From contig JAYWIR010000029.1 of the NCBI GenBank assembly GCA_036172245.1, positions 2,356,001 to 2,420,000 on the forward strand: 64,000 nucleotides of DNA, read 5' to 3'. Positions 1-12,600 of the stretch are shown here, piece after piece. The stretch's first letter is position 1. Each line of letters opens with the position of its first letter. The notes beneath the pieces were generated by a model that worked only from the letters and a program-made list of their open reading frames with translations, did no database searches and was not told where the DNA came from. The position numbers and the translations under genes were made by a program. This DNA comes from Raillietiella orientalis (lineage: Eukaryota).

Positions 1-1748
1 ACGTTGCAAAATAAAACAGGAGCAGGTGGAGGAAAAAAGATGGGAAGCGATTTTTTTTTATTTCCTGCTGTGTGGGGGGGTACACGAGTGAAAGAACTAC
101 GATCCGTTCGCACCTACCGAATCTTCGGGCGACCGGCGAAGCACAAGTTCAAGCACACCAACTCGGGCAGAAGCAGACCGGCGGCCCGTCCGTGTCACGG
201 CTACTCATCGCCAGGCACGAACGAAGGACGGGGGGAAAAAAAAAAAAAAAACTCCGAGCAAACGGAGCCGAAAGTGTCACTGCCGTGCTTCTGACTTTTC
301 TTGGCTCACTTTCACGAGGTCAGGCGGCGTTGCCGAAGAGAGGTACGGTTGCGCTGCCCGCAACCGAGGTTTCTACCCGAAGCAACCTTTGGCCTATTCG
401 GGACGCGTGTGCGCTGATCCTAATTATCGCTCCTGCAGTGGGATCGCCGTGCAACACTTTTGCACAGAAAATTTCGCAGTTTGCGTTATTCTCTCTATCG
501 AATTTTCCAGCCAAAAGAAAAGAGAGAAAAAGCAGGGGACAGAAGCGGTCAAAGCGTTTGCTGAAACACACAGGAATACGTGGGGGGCGGGGGGGGGGGG
601 GGGAATAACTGGGAAGAAACCAGTTTTCCGCAAAAAAATTTATTTACTTTTTTCTTTTCTATAAAGGTGTATTATAAACTAAAAGGACGCGCTTGCCTCC
701 CTGTCAGATTCGTGCAAGAACCTCTACGACAGTTTCAAAAATAATGTAAATTTCTGATCTTACCTCGGAATTTCTGATCTTTTGGCGGAGGACCGAATAA
801 GAAATCGCTAAAAAATGCACTCGTAAATAAAAAGGATAAATAGATGAATAATAATGATAATAATAATGAAAAAGAGAAGGGAATCTCGGTTGGAGAATGG
901 ATTCGTACCCAAGCGGAATAAAGATTTCGCCACTGTGCTTTTGTTGAAAAGTTTGGAACCGAAACTCTGTCAACAGCAGCACAAGACTTGGCGCACCAAA
1001 GACACCCGTGGTGAGTCGACCGCAAGCACGCGGGAGGGAATACCTGGATCTGCGGCGGGCTTTTCCGCTGCAACGCCTTTCCCCCATCTCAGCAGAAGAA
1101 GCCTCTCGGCGAGCGAGGCCCGTGGAACAAACGGTACGTACAACGGCGACGGTTCCCGTACACACATTTTCACCGCGGCACGAAAAAAGTTGGCGAGATT
1201 CCGCCCTTCGGCGCGAGGAGCGGCAAGTCACCACCGGCGGGGCCAGCAGTACTCATTCGAACCACTGGAACGATTCCTCCATGCACACCCCGACCAGAAA
1301 GAGATGCACGTGGAGCCGAAGGGTTACCTAAAGCCCCAGATTCGGTATCACGGCGACGCCAGTGCGTTTCGTGGTGCCGCCCCGATACCCACGGGATAAA
1401 ACGGGGGGGAGGGGGGGGGATGAACCCCGCTAACCACATGCATGCACTACGTTCTGGTGGTACAGTAAAGAAGCCAAGGCCTACCTGTTGCACAAACCTA
1501 TTTTACGTTGGCAACGACCAGCCGCCGTGCACACCTCCAAAATTTTGGATGCCTCCAGCCGTGCATGAAGTTACCACGTTGTGCGCAGGAGCAAAAATCT
1601 CTCCTGTTGGAAAGAACCAAACTTCGGAAGGGGGCTCTCTCCATTCGACACAACTCGACAAAAAAAGAGAAAAACATGCACATACACGTACACGCACGCA
1701 CCGAGCAGCGATCTCTTCCGAATTCAGCGAGACGATTACTCGGATACG

Positions 1749-1772
1749 CAAAAAAAAAAAAAAAAAGAAAGG

Positions 1773-1803
<31 letters not shown>

Positions 1804-1811
1804 AAAAAAAA
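1749..1811 (+). repeat. A-rich low-complexity tract
   Basis: Poly-A interrupted only by a few G residues. Confidence 0.9.
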
Positions 1812-2199
1812 TCCCCTCGAAATTTCCTCAAAGAGATTCCCCCGGCATCATCAGTCCGTAGTCTCAAATAGCCGGTGGAAAAATGCACATGTGAGCCAGC
1901 CCAACAGCGGCAAAGGTGCACAGTTCCACGCAAGGAACGGAGCGCGCTGCTCTCTGCTGCCGCTAATTTCCATTTCTTCGCGGAGCCGTGGGAGGGTTTG
2001 CGCTGATACCTTACGCTGATTGCACTAAGTATCGCGCTAATTGCCATCTGCTCCTCCGACGAATTTGCATATTCGCTCCGACATGGGTCGCCGTCGGAAT
2101 CCCGACTCCCCCGCACCCGGGGGTGCGCCGGAGAGCCAGCAGTCGATGGAGGAGGGAGAGCGCGCGGTCGGAAGGGATCCCTGCGCGCCGTTGCCAAGG

Positions 2200-2660
2200 G
2201 AGGCCGCGGAGGTAGGACCATCGTGAGGTCCTGCCCACCGACATACCGGGTTCCGTGGGAGAGGAACGAGGCGTCCCGAGAAGCGGAAGACGAAGAGGGA
2301 GCCGCAGAACAGAGAAAATCGATGGAGCGCCGTCCGCCGGCGGTGGCTGCAGGATGCGCGCAGCCTTCCCGATCCCTGGCACAGGAAGGGCTGGGAGCGG
2401 CACACGGCGCAGTCCACGCGGTTTCGGGGAAATCGCGCCAAGTGCATGCTTGCATCGCGTCCCGCGCTGGGATGTCGGGACGTCGGCAGAGCTTGCAGTA
2501 GCGCGCCACTTTCAGAGACTTTCCTTGGGTGACAGCAGGGTGGCAACCACGGAGATGTGAATTCCAGTTCACCTCCAAGGACCGCGCGCGTCCCCAGTCC
2601 CGAGGGAGGCAGCGCTCCGGAGACCTTCGTCTGATTTGGGTTTCCGCTGGGAGGAGGCGT
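2200..2660 (+). mobile_element. Possible L1/Tx1 ORF2 post-RT fragment (very degenerate)
   Basis: RKSMERRPPAVA...PSRSLAQEGLGAAH resembles the FxW...V...P...GGLG segment of L1-clade ORF2. Confidence 0.3.
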
Positions 2661-2676
2661 AGTTTCCCAGAAAGTA

Positions 2677-2701
2677 ACACACACACACACACACACACAC
2701 A
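2677..2701 (+). repeat. (AC)n microsatellite
   Basis: About 12 uninterrupted AC units. Confidence 0.95.
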
Positions 2702-3999
2702 AAGGAGAGGGGGAGTAGGGAGACAAGAAGGCGAGGAAATCGGAAAAAGACGACGACGCGGAGGCAAAAAGCACGTCATGAGGAGAACCTGGGAACGAAA
2801 GCGAAATTTTCAGGTCGCATGTGCGTGTGTGTGTGCTTTCCTTCCTCTCCTGCATCCATTAGTGATGCCGGAGTGGAAAGGGAGGAGGGACGGCAGGAAA
2901 CGGGTCGGAAAGCTTGCGTGCCTAACGGAGTTTCCTCACCTCTTCGAAGGAGTGAACTCGGAATAAACTGCGCAGTCGAAGCCCGGGAGACGGGCCGAAG
3001 AGAACAGACCTGGGGCCCGCGGAAGCCGCGCAACAGTGCCGGCGGGCACGGCCGAGAAACGTTACGTGATGACGTGACGCGCAGCCAAGGCGACGGGAAA
3101 CTGCGGGCGATCCGAGCCCGGCGATGCTGATAACGCGACACGGAGCCGACCGGAAGTCGGCAACAATGCGCTCGGGAGACGCGGCCGCGACGTCGGCAAC
3201 AATGCGAGTCGCGACCGCAACGGCGGAAAACAAAGAGGAAGCAGCGGAAGCACCCGCCATAAAAAAACGGAATCACGGTGGCTCAATGCGCTCATTATAG
3301 GAACAACGACATGTGGCACCAGTGATGGCGAACGGGTCACGTGACGATGCCCCCTGCGTGACGCAACCGTATCCAAGCTATGTTCGCGGTTTGCATGCAG
3401 CAGCGGCTGCTGCGAGCTTCAAAGAAGCCTAGGGGCGTGGCGGAGGGTAAAGAGGTGAATGACAGTCCGGGATCGGATGGAGAGGAACGTGCAGCTTCCT
3501 TCAGGGTCAAAATCTGGAGCAGACGGCGTGTCAGGCGGGATTCCCTCAAGAGCGACGAAGACTGGAAGTCGGGGAAACGGGATGGGGAAGACGAAGGAGG
3601 AGCGCAGGCCCCCTCAGGGCAGCTTCGGGGCAGCCCGTCTGGCAGGAAAAAGAAGACGCATTGATTTTCCCTGAGGGACAGCATCAGCATCATGGCAGGA
3701 AGCACGGGGAGAGAGCTAGGCGCTTTCTCGAAGCGCGCTCGGGAAGTTTTCACCCGGTCACTTCCGGGGCATTTATTTTATAGAGAAAAAAAAAAACCAG
3801 TTGGGAGCACTCTGGTCCCCAGCCGAAGACAAAAGGAGCTCAAGGAAGGGAAATCAGCCGACACGCGGGTCGGGATATCGAAAAGTCCGAAACGGGTGAG
3901 GGGACAACAAAAAAAAGACAAAATACGGGGGGATGGGTTAGGAAGAGATCCTACGGGAAAGCTACGGAGCGAAAGGGAGGGGGGGATGGGGAAAAAATA

Positions 4000-5800
4000 A
4001 TAATCAAAGTATGCTAAAATCAAGGGTCACCGATGTCCGCAGTTCCTTGGTGCCAAAACCGGCGCTAGATGCCGGCGATCTCCTCCTCGTCTTCCTCTTG
4101 CAGATGAGGCCACCTTGCAGCCGTCCTCATGTGGACAGCTGCCATCATTCTCTGCGCCGTTGTCTCGAGCACATGGTGGGCCGTGGCGATGGCGTGGAGA
4201 TACGATCCATGCTTGCGACCATCGCGTTCGTCGAGAGAGTCCTCCCGGAGCGAAGAACCGTCGCAGCACATCTCGGGCGGTGTCCTCCCGGTGCAGGAGC
4301 GCTGACACCAGCCTCCGCGACGGTTCTCGGAGGGCACTCGCAGTCCCAGAGGCAGGCGCAGAAGGATCGACTCCGCACCGACCCGCACTTGGAGCAGTTC
4401 GGGGATGCAATCCCTGCGGAAACGAGAGTACAGGCGCTCGCTGCACTGGAGCCCTCAGTGGAGGAAGAGCGGCGCAGCCTGTTTCCAATATAGGGAAAAT
4501 ACAGAAGTATCCAAGCAATGGGGAAGAGCCAGAAGCTCCTCGGGGCAACAGCACTCAAAAGTTCGCTCCACTGAAGGAGTCCCGTCGCCATGGTACGTGG
4601 AGTGGCAGCATCCGCCAACCAGCTCGCGCGTCTTCCAGCTGCCAAGAAGATTTTTTGTTTTTCCTGTAATCGTCAAGGAAAACTCCCAACTCGCCCGGAT
4701 GGCAGCTGTCGTCGTTTTCCCTGAAGGCAGACAGCGCTGCGGCAAGGGGTGTGGCAGCCAGAGTCGACCACTTTGCCATGCCCTGCATCAACATTTCCAA
4801 AGGTCGAGGTAGGGAGCGTCAGTGCAAGGGGTAAAGATCCTTCGGGTGCCTTCCCTGGAACGCTGCCCGGGACTCAGCCTCCTGCCTCCCGGAGAAGTTC
4901 GGGAAGTGGTCAGGAGCTTGGGCGGGTACTCCTCGCGGAGAGGACGAGTGGAGGGAGGAAAGTGGCCACTGCATCTCCCTTTCTGAAACTGCTCCTGTCT
5001 AGCCTTCCAGGAGTCGCACGAATCGGCAAGCCGGGACAGGACTGGGAGTCGGCGCGACAAATTGGCTTCAACGAAGGATGGCGTAAGGGGGGAGAAGGGG
5101 GGGGGGATTCAAGTTTCCCAGGAGACAAAAAGATCGTGGAAGATGCATGATAATCCGGGAATCGGGGAAGAATGTTTGCGAAAGGAGAATTCCACGTTTG
5201 GGGGGGGGGGAAGCGAGGGACGCCGAAAAAGGCAAGGATGGGTGGGAGAATGGAGGCCGGGGAAGGAAAGTCGGAGGTGGTCCGTGGTCTTCTTCTTCAT
5301 GCGCCACTTCAGGTGTCTCCCGCGTCCCTCTAGGTGTGTAGTCTCCATCGTCCGTTAGTGCTGGTCACCCATCCCCCATCCAATTCACGTGGATTTCCGC
5401 GCACACCTGCTTTTCCCGTCCGGACGATCCCTGCGCTGGAACCGGGATGAAGTTGCTGAAAGTCCTCGTCCTGGGAAACCATGGAAACGCGGCCGACTCC
5501 TAGAACTTGCCGAGGAGCGGGACAAGCGGCCGTTCGCGGAACCCCACTCGAAGTCGTTAGACAGCTCGAATAGCCCAAGGTCAGTCAGAACGGGCAACCA
5601 GGAAGGTGGGTGGATGACCCTCGACCCCGAGTGGAAGGGTGAAACCAGTTCGAAACGGCACATCGTGGCAAGGGGAAGCACGGGAGGAAGGAGCTGGATT
5701 TGAAGATTCCTTGCTTCCTCCCCGTTCCACGGGAGACGTGGCAGTGCGTACGCCGTCCCGACTGACCGCTCGGAGAGCTGGACCACTCAGACAGTTGACC
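4000..5800 (-). mobile_element. Degenerate L1/Tx1-clade LINE, ORF2 3' part with zf-RVT
   Basis: Minus-strand SPNCSKCG..ES..(frameshift)..LWDC at ~4340-4410. Ends at GGTGACCCTT followed by a T-rich tract, like the copies ending at ~10.5 and ~16.1 kb. 5' boundary uncertain. Confidence 0.6.
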
Positions 5801-5949
5801 ACCCGTGTGGTTAAGCTGCTGCCACGAGATGCGACCATTCCGCCACGCCGAGGCTCAGAAAGGCGGACTCATGCCGAGGACGCGCGCGAAACGCAGGAAA
5901 ATAAAAAAAAGAAAAAACAGGATAACCGCGCGCGATCCAGAGTGGTGAG

Positions 5950-7110
5950 AAGTTTCCTCCACACGGGGAAAAGCGGGAGCGACAGAGTTCCTTCTCCACA
6001 GCCGCCAACCCTTTCGGGATCCGAAACGCGAACCTGTCAGCGGTTGGCCTGCGAAGACGACCTGCCTCCGGACACTCAGGACTATCTCCTCGTGTTTCGC
6101 CGCAGAGGATTCCCGAGCGCCTCGAGGGCAAAACGCCGTACGACATTGAAGGCGAGTTCTGCTCGGCGTGAGGGAAGTCACAAAGAGCCCTGCCCAGCGT
6201 CCGACAGCGTCGGAGGGGGCGGCGGAGTCAAGGATGGAACTTCCGGCGGGGAACGGAAGGGGGATGGTAAGGGCTCCCCGATACGGCGTGAACAACGATC
6301 GTGATCTTCATCACAAGTTTTGGGATAAGAAGGGCAAGAGCGGGAACAGCAGGAAGAGCAACGTCTGCCTTGGGCACTTTGAAAGGGCTCATGGTCGGTG
6401 TTAGGGAGTGCGGCGGAATCCCAGTCTGGACATATCGCTCCACCTCGAGGGTGCACTGCCCGGGAGTTCCGACTATCCTTAGCAACCAGACCCCGAGACC
6501 CCGAATTTGAGTCACAGAAGCGACACCCGGTACTGTGAACGGTACTGCCTGGAAACGGCTGCGGATGCGTCCATCGCTTCGCCCAATTGCCGTTTTGTCA
6601 CGTGAGTTTGTTTTCAAATGGAGTCGCTCCATCGCTTGTCGGATTGGGGTAAGCGCCGGGCTGCAAGGCGGGTCTCGTGATCCCGCCCTTCCCGCAGGAT
6701 CCCTGTGCTGTCCCGAAGAGGAGCGACCGGGTGTATCGACTTTGGTTCCATCAGCCGTCGCTCTTCCGAGAGTCACTCTTCCGGGAGCATTTCCCGATCT
6801 CTCTCTCCTCCCATCGGCAATCGAAGGGAGGAGGGCTTTCCTCGCCTCACGTTCCCGGAAACAGATCCTTACCGGCGTTACCAGCTCAGGCTCCTGGTTC
6901 CCAATGGACGTGCGCCCACAGACTGCTCGAGGGCCAGAACACTGTTGCTGTCCTCCATCCAGAGGACACCCGCGGACCCACGCTCGACGGGTGCCATGTC
7001 GCATCCACGTCACCGCAGCAGTCCGCCACGTGCCGAGGTCTCGGGCTCCGCAAAGGGAGGCCGCCCGCACGGCAGCCGCCTTGATGCAAGATGGCGTCAC
7101 TCGGAGCAAC
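5950..7110 (+). mobile_element. Putative Tx1-type ORF1 remnant
   Basis: VNGTAWKRLRMRPSLRP...WSRSIACRIG resembles the NG.R.V.M...IP...CxxCG stretch of Tx1 ORF1. Lies directly upstream of ORF2 remnants. Confidence 0.35.
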
Positions 7111-7143
7111 AAGTAACCAGGAAGGCTGCAACCCTGTAGAGCC

Positions 7144-10100
7144 CTTGATCTTTCCCTGGGGAAGGGATGGCCTGGGTCGAATCCAATCCAGGACCCTGGA
7201 GCATTCTTCCCCTCCCTGGTTGACCTGCTCTCTACTCCTATGCAAGCTGGCAGGTCGCCCGAGGGATTCTCCACCATGTAGAGCCGGTTTTAGGAACGAA
7301 GACACACTACGCGACGAAGACCCCGGTCCCTACTTTCCCGCCTTCTGCTTTTATTCATTTATGGACTCTTCCCTCGCGCTCCGGACTGCCCTAAAAGCCG
7401 GCCCGCGTGGCTGCGGTTATTCCAGTTGAACTTCTCTTTGTTCTTTTTCCGGGAAATCTTTTCCCGACTTGTGAGTTCTTTTTTTTTTTCTTTTCCGAAT
7501 AAACGTCCCGACCTGACCGGGCAACAGTCCCTACCAAGGTCTCTCATCCTCCACGCAACGTCAGTGCTCTTTCCGACTGCCTAGAGGTGCCTGCATCAGT
7601 CGATGCGCCGCTACTCCAGAGCGTTCTTCCTGCCTTACCTGCTTGAGCTTTGCCCCCAGGGCACGGAACCCTATTTCCTCTCCTTCTCGCCGAGCAGGAA
7701 TCTCTCAGCACGCTCGAGGGTGCAGTCGGTATTTCTCCTTCCTCGACCCTTCGGCCGGAGGCTACGTTGGCTGCTGAGGTGGAAACGCGCGAATTCCGTG
7801 GGGCGCCAGCCGATGAAACCCTACAGGGGAATGGCAAGTAGTGCTCAGCAATCCTCCCCTCCCCCTTTCTCCACCGATTCCACAACAGTTCGGCAGAGTA
7901 AAGGACTTCACACTTCCATCTTGTCCTCCGGGAAGTCCTTTCTCTCCGGGAAGAAGGGTTCAGTTCCCAGCGTTCTGGATTCTCCTCCCGAAAAAAAACT
8001 TAGGACGGGGAGTTCCCTATTCGAAGGCTATGCGGCGGTTCCTTCTCAGTATCCTCTCAGACTTCCCAGACGATGTGACCCCTTGTCAGAGGGAAGAAGG
8101 AGGTGTTCCAAGAATCGACGAAGAAGGAAGCTCACAGGGAGTTGTCCTCTCAGCCCCGCCCTTCTCCCTACTGCGAGGCTCTGCTTCCAACCGGGTGACT
8201 CTGGAGTCTTCTGGAACCCTACTAGGTTGTCCCCTGTCCCTTCTTTCTCAATTCTTGATCACCCCTTTCTGGGAAAGGGGTAGCCTGGGTCGAATTCAAT
8301 CCGAGATCCTAGAGCATTCTTCCCTCCCTGGTTGACTCTCTCTCTGCTCCTATGCAAGCTAGCAGGTCACCCGACGGATGCTCAAGGCTCCTCGACACCC
8401 TGGCTAGTTCTCTTGCCTCCGACTGTCCTCCCTGTCTTTCCGCAGGGGCGCGCAGGCTTCCCAGATATCTTTCTCCAGAAAGACACCGATCCGTGCTCTG
8501 GAGTCTGCTTTCTTTGCCCTGGACCTGTGGTGACATGCACACGCGCTCTCGCGACTTCCATGGCTCCTCCTCATGCCAAGGGATCTCTTCCACTCTCTCT
8601 TCGGAGCCAAGGATGCGGACTGCCTCCTAAGACAGAAGAGTTCTGAAACCGCAAAGGAGCACCCCAAGTGCTTCGCGATCGACTCGTGGGGTGGCGGTGG
8701 ATTCCTCGACCGCTTCCTGATTGGCGCCCCACTCTGCAGCAGAGGGAGGAATGGCCGGCAAAATCTCAAGAGGGGGCAGCATTGCTATGTCAAAAGCTTG
8801 GGAACTCTTGGGGTGGGTTCCGAGCGTTGCAGCAGTTTCGAGGCTCATGGAGGATCCTCGCTGACAGGGAGAAGGATTCCGGGCAGCTGCGCTTCCCTAC
8901 TGGATGTTGGATGTCAACCGAGAGATGCATCTCGCATCGCTGCTTCACGAAGAGCTCAGCAGGCTTCCGTGGGACGCAGGCGTTCCCTGGTCTGCAGGCA
9001 AAGACCGTGGCGCAGTGCAGCTACTACGCCCCGGAGAGCTGCTAGCATCATCAACCGGAAGGAAAAGGTCAGGCTCAGGCAGCAGGATGGCATCCTTCAG
9101 TATCAATAGGCGAAAAGGAGACCATCACGGCTTGCTGCTCGTCTCTTGGCTTGAGGCTTTTTTTAAAAAAAAAAAACAAAAAAAAACAAAGGCAAGTAGC
9201 CACCTCACAAGAAGTTCGTTACCATTGGTCCAGGACGGCGAGAATCCTTTTGAGTTCTTCTGTTTCCGCTGCTTTGTTTCCAGCTTTTTTGTTTTTGGTT
9301 CTCCAAGCGCTGAAGAAGCGTCTGCCTTTTTACGGGGGGCCCACGAAACTCTTGAACGCTGTGTACGCCACCCGAGGGTGCGTGACTCTCCAGATTATAG
9401 GGATACATCGGGAAGGAAACACACTACAATCCAGGGAAGTTCCAGAGGAAGGAGTCCGTCTTACGCTTGGTAGGGAACCTTCGCTCTGGTTGTCTCCAGA
9501 AGGACACCCGTAAAGGATCCTCTTCTCGTTTCCTTCTCTGAAGAGAACTCCAGAAGGACGCTTCCCGATTTCTCTGGAGAGCGCTCCCCGAAAAGAGCGG
9601 CGGGATTCTTAACGCTCTGGAGAGGTGACCCCCCTGAGGGGCTATCAACCAGATCCATGGCATGCTCCATTTTCACAACTGAATGGGAACCTCGAAGGGA
9701 ACCAGCGCTCCTTAATTCCTAAAAGATCCCGAAAGGTCAGCTTTCAATCCTGTCGAACCAAAGGAGACATCCGGGGGTTTCTGGTTTCCACCGGTGCCAC
9801 ACCTCTCTCACCGCCGGGCTGTCCTCCCTTAGCAAATACATGGGCAGCAACCTTACGGCTAGATGGGAGGTTACTGTGGAAACCTCTGGAAGAAGGAAAG
9901 GACTGGGCGAGTGTACGACGGGCAAGCTCACCGGCTCTGCGACCTCGATTGCTCGACCTCGTGAACTTTTGCGCTGAGGCGAGCTACTGGGTATTCCGGG
10001 AAAGACCTGCAGTGGCTCCCGGCGCTCATGAACAACTGCACTCTCCTTTTAAAGTGGCAGGAGTCGGCGTTGATGCTGCTGCACTGGGGCCTCCCGTACA

Positions 10101-10700
10101 ACGCTCGCCGGCATCACTGGACACGGGGGGGAGGGGTAGACTCGGAATGTACCAGGTGCGAGGAGTGCGAATCCCTACCGCACCTCCTATTGGACTGTGT
10201 TGCCCTCCAGTCCCTTTGGATGCGGCTTGCCGCGGACCTTAGAGCCCCCGACGGCAACCCCCGAGACACGTATTGAAGCGCCTCTTCCTGAACAATGCCC
10301 TCACGCCGGCCGCATCCCCAGAAGCACTTTGCTGCCCACGCGGCCGGACCGTGGCTGCATGGAGCAGCAACGCCAGAGGAGACTAGAACGACAGGGATAC
10401 CATCTATTTTGCTGTCCTCTCCATGAGGACAGAGTCAAGATGGTTTCACCTGGGAGTCTTGAAACAGAAACTTGCCGCATCCTTACAAGGATGCAGAGGA
10501 CACTCTCTAGCACACGGTGATCCCTTCCCGAACCGCCCCATTTTTTTGACTGTATGTTTTTTGTTTCTTTCCCCTTTTGCTGTGCTACGAGGCGAACCCC
10601 GCTGGCCTGTGTGCCAGTTCCTGGCAGGTTCCTTCTCGTAGTTATGAGTAACGTGGCAGCATCAAACGTCCTGCCACAGAGGTTTATTTTTTATAAATAA
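7144..10700 (+). mobile_element. Degenerate L1/Tx1-clade LINE ORF2 (RT, thumb, zf-RVT) with 3' UTR
   Basis: GSCPLSPALL (~8140, RT QGCPLSP motif). Thumb-like W..LGRIQSEILE. Clear zf-RVT LLHWGLPYNARRHHW...CTRCEECESLPHLLLDCVALQSLW (10070-10225). T/A-rich end at ~10685-10700. Confidence 0.75.
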
Positions 10701-10775
10701 GCGCCCCGGCATGACCGGGTATCAACCAGTGCCGTACTCGAAGCCAGCCGAAGCTAATTAGCGTCTTCCTGCGGG

Positions 10776-10895
10776 GGGGACTCGAAACCCACGACGCACC
10801 CCCTCTGTTCTCGGCATCGATCCTTCCCCGGGTGGGATTTGAACAGGCGACGCTCGCTGCCACGCGCTACAGCAGCAGCAGGCTCAGCCACGAGG
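10776..10895 (-). repeat. tRNA-like (pol III B-box) repeat remnants, two adjacent partial units
   Basis: The reverse complement contains GCGTCGTGGGTTTCGAGTCC and GCGCGTGGCAGCGAGCGTCGCCTGTTCAAATCCCACCCG, homologous to the unit at 57.5 kb. Confidence 0.6.
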
Positions 10896-11299
10896 CTTTC
10901 ACCGTGGGCCAAAGCGTCTTTCTTCCTCCTCCTGGGGTGCCTTCCCGTTCCTCTGGAGAACAGACTCCTAGTCTGGATCTGGATCCTCTTTCCTCTCCGT
11001 GTGCTCCTTCTGGTCCCGGTTCACGCAGGAACCTCCTCCCTCTCCTCCTTCGGCGTCTCATCCGCCATCTGCTCTGCAGTCTCCTTGGCATCCTGCCGAG
11101 CCTCTGGTTCAGGAACATCCCCTTCTTCCTCACCAGGAGAGCTTGATGGGGAGTTCGTTCGTTCCCCCACGCCGAGAATGACTGGACTGCTGGAGATGCG
11201 GGAATCTCCCGCGAAAGCTCCAGAGGGCTGCAGTAACGTCTTCCGGATGCCGCTGCACTTAGACCACGGGAGAAAGGCTCGGTTGCCATGGTGAACGCC

Positions 11300-12600
11300 T
11301 TTTACGTGTGTGTTTCCCCCTCCTTTTTCTCTGTCTTGTCCCTTCGTCAGAGATGGAATAGGGACGCTCTGTCCATCCGAAGGTCAACACATTCTTAGCT
11401 TCCATGCGGCCGGAAACTCCAGCTGGAGCAACGAGGCCAGTGGCTGAGGCCTTGCCAGGAATGCCCTCACCGGGTCGATATTGCCGGGTCCTCCCTCTCG
11501 CCCTCTTTTCCCCCCTTATTTCCCTTTTCGATCCCGCGCAGCCAGTCCAGTAGGTTCTGGGATAAGGGAAGTGCGACGGCTTCCCTGGACTCCAACCGCG
11601 GGCAGACGGGGAGGCACCGCCGCCAGCCTCTCGAGTTCGGCATGGCCCGAATGAGCCCCGGGACTGCCGATCGCAGGTGCCTGGGCCCGAGGCGGGAGAG
11701 AGCCGGGGCCTCCTTCCGACCGCGAGCGCTCGGCGTGGCGGCGGTGTGGAGCGGTCGGTTCCGGGAAGAACGGGCATGGTGCTTTCCAGGGAACAAGCGC
11801 ACCTGGCTCGGAGGGAAGGCACTCAGCCCCACCTGCGCGCCTTCCCTCGGATCAGGAGCATCCGGAGAACGGTATCTGCCGGATCCTTCCTGCCCAAGAG
11901 GGGAGGGGGGGAGCTGCAATGAGTGTCCCGGGGACCACGCCTACTGCAGGTTGCCGGAAGAGACCTATTGAAAGAGTCAGGAAGGACCTCAACTTTTCAC
12001 CCAGAACGACCTCCCGATCCCTCACTGTTAGGAAGGTAGGGGAGGGGGAGAAGAGGAGGCCGTCGTGGTCAGATTCGAACCATCCTCCTTGTCTGCAAGG
12101 GTGCCAGGAGAGGGACGAGGAAGTGCTGCCCCTTTTCTGGGAGGGCAGCGGCGGTACCCTTGTGGGCAAAGGTGCCCACCAAACGGGAATCGGACCCTTC
12201 TTCGAAGCGCCTGGGCCGGGAGCGCCATCTGGACTCTACGGGAGTTTTCCTCTTGATGCCGCCTCCAGGGACACGCGGAGCTGTCGGACTGCCTGCCAGA
12301 CGCGAGAGGGGGTGGGGGGAAGGAAAGGTTCCCCTGGTCGAACGGCCCACGGGAAGCCTCTGAGACTTGAAAGGCGTTCCTCAGTTAAAAGCGAAGTCCT
12401 GAGCACCCCTCTCCCACCGCAAGAGGCGTCGGTGCCAGGAGAGGAAGCAAAAAATGCTCCCCGACAGCAGGCGCAGACCCTGGGGCGGGAAGGGGGGGAC
12501 GATGGATCCCGTGCACCAGCGGCATCGGAACACGTCGTCGCTGCCGCCGCCGCCGTCGTCGTCGCGCGGAGGAAGGTCACCGCTCCCTCCTCCTCCACCT
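11300..12600 (+). mobile_element. Putative Tx1-type ORF1 remnant (zinc-knuckle region)
   Basis: WCFPGNKRTW (cf. YPGQxRTC) followed by SCNECPGDHAYC (CxxC...H knuckle) in ORF 11642-11971. Confidence 0.45.

Noticed and set aside
581..603. Long G-runs as G-quadruplex or telomere-like signals (also ~1403-1419, 5199-5210, 36669-36682)
   Set aside because: Simple homopolymers, prone to slippage or read error; no TTAGG arrays seen.
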